A DNA stretch of 64,000 nt, from the NCBI GenBank assembly GCA_002633005.1, contig NMRA01000719.1, positions 8,612 to 72,611 of the forward strand, read 5' to 3'. The notes below the pieces were generated by a model, which saw nothing but the letters and a program-made list of their open reading frames with translations, had not been told where the DNA came from and did no database searches. Below are positions 11,922 to 24,538 of this stretch, one piece after another (the first letter of the stretch is position 1; each line of letters opens with the position of its first letter). This stretch comes from Phoronis australis. Its lineage: Eukaryota > Animalia > Phoronida. Position numbers and translations under genes: made by a program.

Positions 11922-14900
11922 CAAGCTAGTAACTTTTGTCTGTTGCTAGCAAGTTAAGAGACACCAGTGCTTTCTTGCTTACTGGGCATCCTAATACTAA
12001 ATGTGCCATCCAAATGCTGAACCGGGCATACTGGCTAGGGCGGACATTTGAACGCCCTCATTACGCGGTGATTTGGAAGCCTTGGACGCCCGCTAGATAA
12101 AGACCCGGTCATGCCCTGTCATCCCGGGAAGCAATATTTTGTCCAATTACTATTGACAAGTTCTGCATTTTGTACAGTGAAATTTGTAATTATGAAACTG
12201 AATTCTACACCGAACAGTCACCTGAAAGCCCAGGTAACATCTTGAAAAAGTAATAACCAAAACATACTCATGGTTCTCATTAGTTCACTGTTCTGATGCG
12301 CAGTACATGGTTTAAAGCTTACACTAATACAAACAGGATGAACATAGACGATAAAACAGCACCATGCAGTTAGACAATGTTATACGAAGCTGGCAATTGA
12401 GCAGTAGCTGTAAAAATTCCTTTTCATAAGTTTTACTTGGGTGTTCTCACCTACTTAACAACTTATTAAGTTTATGCACGTACAAAAATCAATACCACTA
12501 TCTTGCACAAATTTCAGGACAAAACTCTTGACAAATTCAGGCACACGAGCATGATTGTCCTGAGTGCCTATAAGAAAGCTTATTAAAATCAAAGAAAACA
12601 CTTTTCAAAAATTTCAAGCTCAGGCTATTTGAGGCATGGGAACATGTTAGGTGACAATTCTTCAATTAAGGGACACAAGTTAGCGGGAATGTTGATTTTT
12701 AAGTGGTCAAATTTCCAAACAAAACACCTTGTTTGCACTGAATACATGCTGTCAAACATTGTATATTTGTGGGCGATGTAGGAAACCTTTGAAAAAGAAA
12801 AGAAAGCAATTTCCGCAATTCTCTTTTGCCTCACATTGGAGAATGGTTACCATGGGGATTGAAAAGCAAGAAATCCTGATCTTAAGTGCATCCTTGAAAG
12901 AATCAATCTTGTATAACTCATGCTGGCAACCATTATTCATGAAAGAGGTAAATTTGGATAGATCATATCTTCACACTTGGCCTTGGAAGTTCCCTGGTGA
13001 TTAAGAATACTGAGCACACCTTTTGGCAAATAGCGTAATCTATGTTTTGGAGTTTTGATAAAATTAAACCTTTTGTAGATTTTTCCACCACATAATGCTT
13101 TTGTAGCAGTTTTAAACAAACTACCAAAGGTTTATTTATTGAATTAAAATTGAGTTATTAACCCTTTGGACAGTAGCAACTTAAATGCAACAAATGTCAA
13201 TACAATAGGAAACCATTCACTATAGTTCTGTTGCAATGCAGAGTTCTGGTCCAAAAATGAACTTTTTTGCACTCTTTGCGAGGTAATCTGGCTGTTAAAA
13301 AGTCACAGATTAGAGTGGCATGTCCAGTAATGCTGGCTATGTAGGTACTCTTCGGGACAGTACAAATCAAATGTACAGGTAGTGGTCACTAGCTACAAAA
13401 ACTGAAAGTAACGATAATTCCCCACCTGTATATGAATATTTCAATCTCAATATGGCATGGAAAATATGTTGCAAACATTTAAGTCTTGCCAGCACACCAT
13501 CTGTTGGCCACTTGTTTTGCCCAAATATATGTCAAAACTGTCGTTTTTCATTTTTTTCAAAGGCAGATTACTTTCATTTGACTAAGGCAAACTTCACCGA
13601 ATGTTGTTTTATGACATCTGCAAAATTTTATCAAAAGGTATTTTTGTGGAGAATTTTGATGAAATAGAGTTTCCATTAATCAGATTGTATTTTAAATAAG
13701 TGGAGAATTGCTGAACTTCAAACTTGGAATTAATGGTAATTTTTCATTTATTTAGCACACGAATATGGCTCACTTATTTATCACACTAATATGGCGGCTT
13801 ACTTATTTACCACACAAATATTGCTAAGTAAAATTTTATTTAGTTATATTTCTCCACAAAGTCAAGATGCCATAAAACTGATGAAGCTTCCATTATTTGA
13901 TGCAAAGTAATCAACTTTTTTGTAAACGGTTTTTTTATTTTTCATCAAAAACAAGACCTCATACATTTCTATTTCCCCACAATCACACACACCAACGTTC
14001 CCAATATTCTCTCTGAGCCTCAGGGCGACTACTTAGCAAGATCAAATTTGGTTACATTAATTTTACAATAGTTTTTGAAATACGTTAGATAGCCTTTAAC
14101 AGTATGTGAGATTTTGCCAAACTTGAATGAACTTGTTGACAGAATTGTTTGGTAGTTTAGTATAAGTTTTCACAGCAATTTAATTGCGTTTTTGTTCAAC
14201 TTTAATCAGATTTTAATGAGAAGTTATAATTGCGCCTCCCAGTTTATTGTTTATCTGTGAATATACCTGCATGGTAAGTGTGTCAAAACTTCGAGGAATT
14301 TGCTCTTATTTTGAAAACGACATGTACAATTCAATATTTCAACACATTAATACCATTGATCTAATTAACTTGGACACAGCAAATGCTCCATAATTAAAAT
14401 AACACGAGATGACCCTGGTATGGGAAAAAGACCATCAGCCCCTATCACTAATTAGACTATAAGAGCAGGCTAGTACAGAAAATGGCAGTAAGGTATCAGA
14501 AAATGTTTGATTTAAATCTTAACAGCCTTAATTAATGGCCCATTAAACCTGTTCAATTATATAACTTGGACCTGTGAGATATGGCATCTAACTAGTGTTT
14601 ACAGAATGGGATGTCAGTCTGAGTTAGGAATTAGCATCACACAGATATACACAGGTGAGCAAGATTAGGCCTTTGGAAGACTTATGGCTTCGTGATAAGA
14701 TATTTAGAAACTTACTTTAGAAAAATTTCACTGATAGGTTTTACCATTCAGTTGGCAGCACGTTATAGTTTAGAAACAATCTATCCTAATTGATCAGAGC
14801 AACAGAAAATTACAGGCGTATATCTTCAGACAGCTTGTACTTTTGCTCAGGTGAGACATTTTTTGGAAATAATTGTGAGGAAGGTAAGACTAAATTTCTG

Positions 14901-16591
14901 ACCTAATTCTTAAACCACTTCTCATGAAACAGGAATGGGTGCGGAGATACGCTTTACCTTTTCAGCATTTCTTACTGCACTTGCAATGTTCCTCGCTTAC
15001 AATGTGGGTGTGTTACCGTAAGTCTTCATTTACTTAGGACGTACCGGTAATATGGCAGCAAGTGATACTGTTCTGCCAAGTTTCTACACAAAAAGAAAGA
15101 CTAAGTAAATTTTAGTCAATAACAAGCGGGGTTTGTACTGTGTAGATAACATAAAAAACTTTTGGTCACAAGTTCATCAATTGCAGTAAAGAAATCAGCC
15201 TTTGACATAATGACAAATGGAAATTTTGGCAATTATTTTTGAGGGAAGTGGAGAATTACAGTAATTAGTGGTGAATGCTGCTTTCTCTTCCTCTTGCGTC
15301 TACCGGCAGAAAATCGTCAATTTTGAAATAAGCCGAGTTCTCTATTTTTGTACTTTGATTGTACTATGTTCGGGATGGAGATCATCGAAGATACTTCAGC
15401 ATGTTTCCAAACCTGTCGCAAACTTGTTGTATCTTCGTTTGAAGTCGTATGTTTTAGGTCATCCGAAAGGATGCTGAATGTCACACTAAACGTTTAAAGC
15501 AGTTAGAAACTGCCTTTCATCCCAAAAACCAACTTTTGATTTAGACCTGACTTATAGTTACAAAATTAGTTTCAAATTGTTCCTTAATCAAAATAGGCAA
15601 TATATGTTATGGTTCTACACATAATGCTTTTCTCTAAGTATCCTATAATACATATATGAAGGTTAAGGGTTGTAGTTAATGCTCCAAACTAATACTAATG
15701 CAATAACGCTAGGTTTTGGTCATAGATTATTAAGGAATAACACGGCTACAGCAAATATTTTATAGTACAACATTTTGGTTCAGTCTTGAAGCATCATCAG
15801 GTTACAAAATAAGTCCAAAGCAAAAGTATTTCAACTTCAAGTTAAGTCCAACATCTACCATAGCTCTAATTGGAATGAACTGATGTTCTTGTTCAAGGAC
15901 CTCTCAACATGTCAATGAGTCTTTGATCAGCCAGCCTAACTTTATTGAATATTTACTTTTATAGAGCTTTGTAGATTTTTGTTGACATGCACAAAGGCGC
16001 TGCAAAGATTACTCATTATCTTAGACATGCTTTTACGGACATCTATTCAGTTAAAAACTTAATAAAAAGAGTTTGACCACAAACCCACCTAGATGAAACT
16101 AGTTGACAAATGATGCTTGTCCAACACTTAATCGAATGTTTTCAAAATAACCAAAATTAAATATGTGTTTTTCAAAATAATTTTTCAATTTCTGGTGGTG
16201 CACCACAGGTGAAGAGCATAAAACTTCAATTTTTATGAACTGTCGTTAAAAATGAAAAAATACGTGCAGGGCTATAATAAACATAGATGTTCCTATTTTA
16301 ATGATGTCAGTGTCTTGATTGACAAAATGAAAAGTTAGGTTTTTGAAAGAATGGAATCTCATTGCAGTGACACATAGAAAGACACAAGATCAGGATCCTA
16401 CACTTCTCTTCATGTCAATTAGAATGTATTGGATACTCTCACGTAGAATTTGTATTACTTGGTATTATTGTCTCCGGTGCCTAATTTTTCAATTGCCAAA
16501 TTATGTTCTGAGTCTGGATTTCCAATGAGCGATACCACCTATTATGTTACCTATTAAATGTAAGAGTAGACAACCCCTGAATCATCTTAAA

Positions 16592-16781
16592 GCCCACTCA
16601 TATGAGTCTATTAGGCAGATTTTTTCAATTTCTTTCAGAATTTTTTCCGAAATTTTGAAAATATATCGCAGTAAACGCAAAAACATTGGAATTATTAGAT
16701 GTGTTCACTTAAGTTTCGCTTAAAAAAATCCGGAAACACTCTAGAAAAAATTCAATAAAAACTGCTCATGTGAACGGGACT
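16592..16781. mobile_element. Small MITE, possibly Harbinger-like
   Basis: Imperfect TIRs agcccactcatatgag ... ctcatgtgaacgggact; flanks taa/tga. Confidence 0.45.
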
Positions 16782-19700
16782 TGAGATGTCCCCTCACTGT
16801 TCAAGCCTTACTAGAAGACCCACTGCAGTCAACTTTGCTCTGACTATAATCCCAGTGTTCCATTAAAGAATTAACCTTCCTGCCTAATGGCAATTTACAT
16901 TCCTGGCCGAATTAACCAACTACAGGGGCATCCATGTAATATAGAGTCAAAGAAAACTCTAAGCAGCATTTTGATAAAAGTCTGGAAGAGTTGACAGGTG
17001 AACTGTGAATAATAAACACCGCCAGGTACCCCTGGGGCTTTGCATTGTTAAGGTTGTTTGTTCTGGTGCTGCCAGCTAACATCACTGGTACACAAAAGAC
17101 TGCAATAATCTCTTGTGTACAGACAGTGGTAGAGTCAGCTAGTCTGCTGTTCCATGCAATCATGACATTCACACAACAGTGATGGAAATCTCTGTGTTCA
17201 TCCAAGGTAGGAAAAATGTTTCAGTAAGATTGTTTATCAAGATGGTGAACATTAAAAGTGGAATGCTGCATTTCTTAAGTTTCTCAAAATATGTGTAAAA
17301 TCTCAGCAATATAAGTCACAGTATGATGGATAGAAAAATTATATTTTTCCATGTATTTCATAGAAGTTATTAAGTAATACCTGGTTAAACCATGATCAAG
17401 TAAATACACTTGCAACACTGATAGAATATTTGAAAAACAGTGAGGTTGACCTCGATGTTAGAATCCTGTGAAAAAATGAAACTGAGCAATTTTAGCAATT
17501 GTCTTTGTCTGCAATTGGACGTTTCTGTTGTACTGTTGTTGATCTGTAATCGATGATATGAGTCTAGTGAACATCTTTGTCAAAAGTGAAACGTAACAAT
17601 GAATTTGTTTCAAAAAGTTTTTCAAAATATTTCAAATCAATCGTGGAGATCTTTTTTCCAGTTATCAGCCACGTGGTCTCAGACAAGTAGCAAAGATACA
17701 CGACACCAAGAATATGGTAAAACCACACCAATTTCAAACAAAAATAATTGTCAAAATAGCATTTTCTTCATTTCCAAGGGCTTCTAACATTGTTGCGAAT
17801 GATTACAATTTTTCAAAATATTGTCTTTTGGTAGCTATGGTACAGGAGGCAAAACGGGAAAACATTTTGGCATTATGCATCACTTATGAAAACTGAGCAA
17901 AAAAACTTCACCTGTCCGCTATGTTATGCCTTAAATTAATGAGATTTTGCCAAAGGCTGTATGTCTTCAATCTTAATTTACTGAGTACCTGGACTTCACT
18001 TTGAGTGCATTACAATAAACCATTGCCATTCAACATATAGTGTAGGTTTTTAACACTACATCTACAGTCCTTATGGGCAAAGTAAAGATTTTATTCCCCA
18101 GTATATTATCGGGATTCAATTAGGTGCTGTTTTTGGTTTTAGGCCAAAGTAATAACAGAGAACAGATATTGAGCTCTGGTTCAGTATTATGACTCTACTT
18201 AATAAAATAAAACATCCCTTAGATTTGGTCTAGTTTTGTAGCACATCACAACAATACTTAATCACAACATAAGGCAAGTTAACGCTTCCTATTTTCTTTC
18301 GTTATACCCATTCTGGTTTTGTCGGCACTAATAAGTGTGTTTAGCTAAACATACCACTTCATTCCTATTTCATCTAAGTTTGAATTTGGTCAATTTTGAC
18401 CTGCCAATATAGCTTTCAACATAGCTTTAAAGTCGGAGTAAGCTAACAGTCAATGTTTTGGACCACATGAGACGGATTAGATTAACTTAAAATCATTGCT
18501 TTTGCTCCTGTTATCTTCCACGAAGTTGATAATTTTGTGTAACAGCAAGGAAGGGTAATTTACACCTCATTTACGCTGAAGTTTAGAACAGATTTATTTT
18601 AAATCGATCCTTACGGTCAGGTAAAATCGCTTCATCTCACTGCAAAGACCGAAACAATTTAAATGCTGCAACATTAGTGCAAATGCAATTCTTAACTGAC
18701 TGTTCAGAATTTCCTTCAATAAATGGTTCGTAATTGGATTGTTTTCATGGCATTACAGTATTTTTTAACATTTTGTTCTTTGCTGAATTCCATAATGAAA
18801 ACGAGTGAAATCACAACATATCAAACACAAAAGAAATCTTGGATTTAGGTAGACATAGCGAAAAGGGTCTGGATATATTTTAGTGAACGTAATTATCACT
18901 TCTCCCATCAAAGTAAAATGAACATGATTGTGCGTTAGCACTTCACAAGGCAGGAACTGTTTAGTTTAAATGGATTGGAAATCTCTTCTAACTGTCAGTT
19001 CAGGTGGAACCAATTTTAGCATACTGTCTTGCGTTCACGCGCATGCATATTAACAGGATTTGAAGCCCAAACAGATTTTCAATCAGTTTATAGAAGTATT
19101 CAGTATAAATGGGGCTTTAGTTTACTGAGGTAATGCCAATTCATTGGAGACTTCTATATTTTCCTTTGAGCATAAATTGTCCCATGAGAACACCATTGCA
19201 AAAGGAAATGTGTGACGTAGCTTGAAGCAATTCAGAACTATTAATGTAAGATAAATGGAATGTGAATTTTCTAATCAAAATCAAATGGTTAATCCTAATC
19301 TTACGACTCGGATCAAGTTATGAGACTCTGGAACTCGATTTCAACTGGATATAACTAATCCTGTAAGACTGAACCGTCAGGATGAGAAGTCACATTCTCT
19401 GACCTTATAATAAGCATTCTAAATATTTGGTGGACTTGATCGCTGTTAATTTGTCAATGTTGAATTATAAAAGTTATGTAGGACACTCGAAAAATGTCCA
19501 AATTTGGCCAACTTTGCAACATCATATTGCATAAATGGTTAACCAGATTCATATGAAACTTCCCCATACTAGGTAAAAATTATTCAGATTGGGTGCTATG
19601 TGGAGGACAAGTGAAGTTTCATTTAGTCAAATTGATCAACAAAAATAGCTTTTCAGGAAAATTTACTTTGCTTTTAGCATGATTTGTATGGCGTAGCTAT

Positions 19701-22163
19701 TGCCAAACAACATAGGTAAAATTTTGGGTATTTGCAAAAATGTGGTAGGCCTCTGGAAAATAGAAAAAAGGCAATTTTAGCAATTATTTTTGTCCCAAAT
19801 TGAAGAATTTTTACCGTGCGTTTTATGTATTGTACTAAAAACACTGTTTGCTGCTATTAAAAAATAGGATTTTCAAGATTTTTAATTGAAAACTTAAAAG
19901 TTGCATAAAACAAAAAAAAATCCTTTCGAAAACTATAACAGCACTTTTGTAATTTCTCGTTAACATGCACACCAAAAGATCTTTGGTTTGCTATAAATGT
20001 TTGTACCTTTTTTCTTTGCTAAATTTTACTTAAAAGTCACGTCACATTATTACACCAGATTAGTATGAAGTCAAAAATCAAATTCTACAAGCTTTCTACT
20101 TTCAGAAAGAACAAACTTATTGAGTTAAAATTTATGCTTTTGTAGGTAATTGCATAAATGCACGCACCTGTTGATAAGGTCCTAAGTAACCTTAACCAAA
20201 GCACTTAAGGGTTTAAAAATATTGTAACACTCATGCCATCTTGAATTGTTGCCGAATGAGCTGGCAGCTCAAGTCAGATGAAGTCGTGTACCTGCACCTT
20301 TTTCGAATTCGGAATTTTAGGGTTGGTCAACTCCAATAAATTCTGAAGTGTCGAGTGAATGGTGGTTTCGATGTTTTTGTCGGTAACACAAATAGAATCA
20401 TATCATGGTAAAGATCGATTTAATGAGAGTAAAACACCTAATTTGACTTTCATTTTTACCCTGTGAGACGGGCCGAAATGCAGCTTTAAAACAAGTCGTG
20501 GGTATTATTGAAAATGTTCTGAAAGAGCATCAGAGACAACATTCATCAAAATGAAGACACGAGATGAAGAAGTGTGCTTATTTCATTTAAAAGCATCAAT
20601 AAGAATAACAAAAGATGTGTCAGTATTTTGCAGCAATGTAATCAGGACTTAAAACAAATGTCCACAATTGAAGGATATAACTCACCAGTGTGTCATTTAC
20701 TATTTTTTCGTTGCCTTTCCACGAATTCTCCACGCCTGCTTCAATTTTCAATTCAACTATAAACGAATTACTTAAGAACATACTCCTGTAATGAAAGTAA
20801 ATGTGGGCCTGGGGTGTTTATCTTCGAGCTTGAGTAGGAACTCCAAATTATTTTTGACATGTTCTACTCTATACGAATTCAAACTAAAGCTGTCTACTTT
20901 GGCTGGCCAAATCCAAACGAGTTTATTGCAGCTTAACAATTGTCAAGTATGAAGCTCCTGAATTCTGATAATAACCTTGCCAAAAGCATGCGTTACTGTG
21001 TGACAGTTAATAAAAAGTGAGGACTTATTCCGATGTAATTATTTGGTTACTTGTGTTAAAATACAAATCCAAGGTTCAATATTAATAAAATAAGCATTTT
21101 ATAACATGGTTTACTTAATTCCTAACATAAATAAGCCTTGACACCAGTCTTAAAGACTAGCCATTCACCAGTTATTTGCAATGTGTGCTCAAATGCTCTC
21201 CGAAGCCGGAAAGGTCACTCTGGTACATCTGACGTCAAAAGTAGTGTATCCAATGAGCGATCAGGGGATTCCTCCGCTGTAAACATGGTTTTGGCGTCTG
21301 AGTCTTGTGGTCAGAATATATTCCAACTTTCACCTAACGTTATTCCCAGCACAACACTTGGTTGTCATAACTTGATCAATTGTTTCTTCACAACACTTCC
21401 ATCAACAACATTTGATTGTATTGAGAAATCCCCATGACCTAAGGTTTTTAAGTTTCTAGGTCAATGACGTGTCCCGTACATAAGAGTACATGCATACGGT
21501 AAATCAGTTGGTACACTGTTGGTACATCTGAGAACTTTAGGATCAACTGAAGAACTCACAATCCGTGAACTTAAAGCCCAAAACTTTATGATCAACACTG
21601 TCACAGCAATATGAAGATCAATATCAATGAATGCATGGTATTTACAGCAATGCATTTAAAAAATGGATTTACTCTAAAAATATAAAGAACTCGTCTCAGG
21701 AGACATAGAGTTGAAGTCTGAAATATGAAATGCTGCCTCATCTTCACTTAATGATCAATGAACAAAAACTCATACCATCACACTACAATATGAGCATTCA
21801 CAAACAAGTGAAATTGGCCCATGAACAGTCATTGCAACTTTAATACCAGCTGAAAAAAAGATTAATGACCACAGCCCAGTATCTTAGGACTTTGTAACTG
21901 TACATTACAGTGTTCAAAAATGCATAAACTGATGGGTGTAATACATGGTTATTCAAACTGACGGAACAAGACTATGATTCAAAATGAGACTTAATGAAAA
22001 CTGAAATGATGAAAATGCGGAAGACATATAGTTGTTATTGTTAGTATTAAAAATTTCAGAAATCAGTAGTTTAACCAATGGTGAAATTTTGATAGGGGCA
22101 ATGTAGACCATTCTACAATGTTGACTATCTATTTCCAGGCCATCAGTAAACAGGAGAGTCAAA

Positions 22164-23294
22164 ATGAATTGCTCTGACCTTGAACCTGACCTTGACGTGG
22201 AGCTGAGAGAGAGCCACCACACAAAGAATAACGTAGTGTTCTTCTGTGGCAAGATACTCACACCGTGCTTGTGTATGTTTGGGATTATGGGTAATATTAT
22301 CAACACAGCCGTGATGACGCGTTACCACTTTAAGAAACGCATAGACTGCCTGGAGAAGACAGCCTACATGGGTTTGACGGCACTGGCCGTGTCAGACATG
22401 TTATACTGCATAGTTGTTCTACCACGTGGCTTCTTCAACAAGGACTACCACATGAGCCGTGGGTTTGAATTATACTACCACGTCTACAGCGAGACAGTCA
22501 TCAACATGTTCATCATGTCTAGCACTGGACTGACTGTGGTGATGGCAGTAGCTCGATACTTCGCTGTGTGTCGACCACTGCACGCCAGACAGATACTGAG
22601 TCTTCACTGTACCAAAGTGGCCTTGATCATCGTATTTATCGTGTCCATAGTGTTCAACTTGCCCAGGCTCTGGGTGTTAGAGTACATCTCTGAGAAATGC
22701 TTAGACACTGGGGAGACCATGTACCTTGTTATACCAGGCCTCATAAAATCTAATGACACCAATATTCACCTGCGTAACATCGGTCATTCGTACAGGTTTC
22801 TGTGGGCTGTCTTTGGCAATTTCATTCCTCTGGCGCTTCTTGTGTTCTGCAACATCGGTCTACTGCGCAGCCTGAGTCGGTCACGGCATGAACGGCGGTC
22901 ACTGAACGCCCGAGGAGGAAACCCACGACTGGAACACCAGCGCCTCACCTTGACTCTCGTGGTCATCATTATCATGTTCTGCCTGCTAGTGGCACCATAC
23001 GAAATCTCACACTTTGTGATGGAGATGACCAACAAAAATGGCTGGAGCATACAGATGTATTACATGCGAGGGATCCTAACGGCGATACTCAACCTCCTAC
23101 AAACCATCAACTTCTCCACAAATTTTATCCTTTATTGCACTGTTAATACCGTCTTTCGGAATGTCATTCGCAAGTGGATGTACAATTGCAGTCCTACACA
23201 CAACTGCTGCGTGTCACAATACAAGTTCTACTCTCATGAAAACAGCACCACCTGCGTAACTATGCCGATGACCGAGGTCACGGGTGAAGCGTGA
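22164..23294 (+). CDS. Class A (rhodopsin-like) GPCR, FMRFamide/peptide-receptor-like, single coding exon, 376 aa
   Basis: Intact ORF with seven hydrophobic segments: TM1 FGIMGNIIN, TM2 LAVSD, TM3 AVARYFAVCRP, TM4 FNLPRLW, TM5 NFIPLALLVFCN, TM6 MFCLLVAP, TM7 NFSTNFILY; N-terminal NCS sequon; polypyrimidine tract and AG acceptor at 22137-22138, 25 nt before the ATG. Confidence 0.95.
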   Translation: MNCSDLEPDLDVELRESHHTKNNVVFFCGKILTPCLCMFGIMGNIINTAVMTRYHFKKRIDCLEKTAYMGLTALAVSDMLYCIVVLPRGFFNKDYHMSRGFELYYHVYSETVINMFIMSSTGLTVVMAVARYFAVCRPLHARQILSLHCTKVALIIVFIVSIVFNLPRLWVLEYISEKCLDTGETMYLVIPGLIKSNDTNIHLRNIGHSYRFLWAVFGNFIPLALLVFCNIGLLRSLSRSRHERRSLNARGGNPRLEHQRLTLTLVVIIIMFCLLVAPYEISHFVMEMTNKNGWSIQMYYMRGILTAILNLLQTINFSTNFILYCTVNTVFRNVIRKWMYNCSPTHNCCVSQYKFYSHENSTTCVTMPMTEVTGEA

Positions 23295-24421
23295 AGCTGA
23301 AGGATCATGGAAGGCTACCGGGCAAACTCAACATTGCAACAGAGCTCCCCGGCATGTGTTTCATGACAAATGACTCAAGAATTAAGACAGAAATTTGATC
23401 TTATGACCTTACTCTGCAAATGAAAAAAGGTTTAGTCAAATATCTATGAGCACATAGCAGTCTAAAAATAACTTATAGACGTTATATCAGTAACTAGCAT
23501 TTATGCATATATTCTCAAAGACTTTGCACTTTTGCTGCAGTGAGGTTCATTTATCTTTCAAAAATAATTGTGTGGAGTATAAGACCAAATTTCTGACTTA
23601 AGTTACTTCTCATGAAACAGACCTCTGATAATGCGGGTATGAAGAACATTCTGCTGGTGAAAGCAGTGAATAGGTGCCACTGCCTAGTTTCGAGAATTGT
23701 CACTAGAGGGGAGTAGTTACCACAAAACATTTTAAGCAAAATAAACATCATTCTTCAACAGCAACAGGTGTTGGATATCCCGTGAGTAGTACCTCAGTGA
23801 GATAGACAGCCAATTCCTGCTATGTAAAGACAAGGAATCAACGCCAAGAGAATATTATGGCGTCCATTTCTTTTTAGTCATTCATGCAGTAAATAGTAAA
23901 TTAATTTTCTTGTGAACCCAGAGGCAAGCTTTGGAATACAGGGAGACTATAAATAATACATGTACCAAAAATGTGTCCAGCACACATTTTATTTCAATTT
24001 ATTTTCAACGCTGATGTTGTCGCTTGTGACATAAACAATTAATTATCTTCTGAATGATTTAGGCAATTTGTACGGTAGTTACAAAATTGGTCTGAAAAAC
24101 ATTTGTTGCTCAGATTAGTTTCAGAGGATGGGAAAAACCAACACTCATTACTGCTGCAGACCGAGCCCCGAATAAGCTGGCCTGCATAACGTTAAATCGT
24201 CGTGAGAGACCGTCCGAATAAGCTGAGCCAGTGCTTGGAGTATGTATCAAGGATGGCCTTAATCAAGGCAATAGGAAACAGTTAGAACTTCCTAAGATCA
24301 CTACTAATCTTGGCAATAAACAAGTCCAGACCAGTTTTATAAGTTAGCGTGGTCGAAATCAGAATTAGTCAATTTTGACAGGAGGCTGGTTCCTATCAGC
24401 TGCAAAGGTTAAAGTTCTTAC

Positions 24422-24538
24422 CTTGATTGGACCTATTGTGTCTATCTGTGCCTGGAGGTTATCACCACTGTGGGACAAGAAGGGTTTTACAACCTTCTCA
24501 GTTTTCACCAATTCATTATTTTCCAACCTCAGCACTGC
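24422..24538 (-). CDS. TEP coding exon 13 (last confidently located)
   Basis: gtcaatag|AVLRLENNELVKTEKVVKPFLSHSGDNLQAQIDTIGPIK|GTAAGA; SxSxxxLQ motif as in CD109 SPSKTYIQL; 117 nt, ends in a donor. Confidence 0.85.

Noticed and set aside
18615-18639. 25-nt exon-like unit (EMKRFYLT)
   Set aside because: Needs phase-2 entry and is too short to distinguish from chance.
21776-21849. Exon-like unit GIKVAMTVHGPISLVCECSYCSVM as TEP exon 14
   Set aside because: Open only in phase 1 while exon 13 ends in phase 0; no bridging exon found and the motif match is weak.
21953-23050. Minus-strand ORFs 21953-22306, 22143-22328 and 22784-23050
   Set aside because: Antisense shadows of the GPCR coding sequence with no recognisable motifs.
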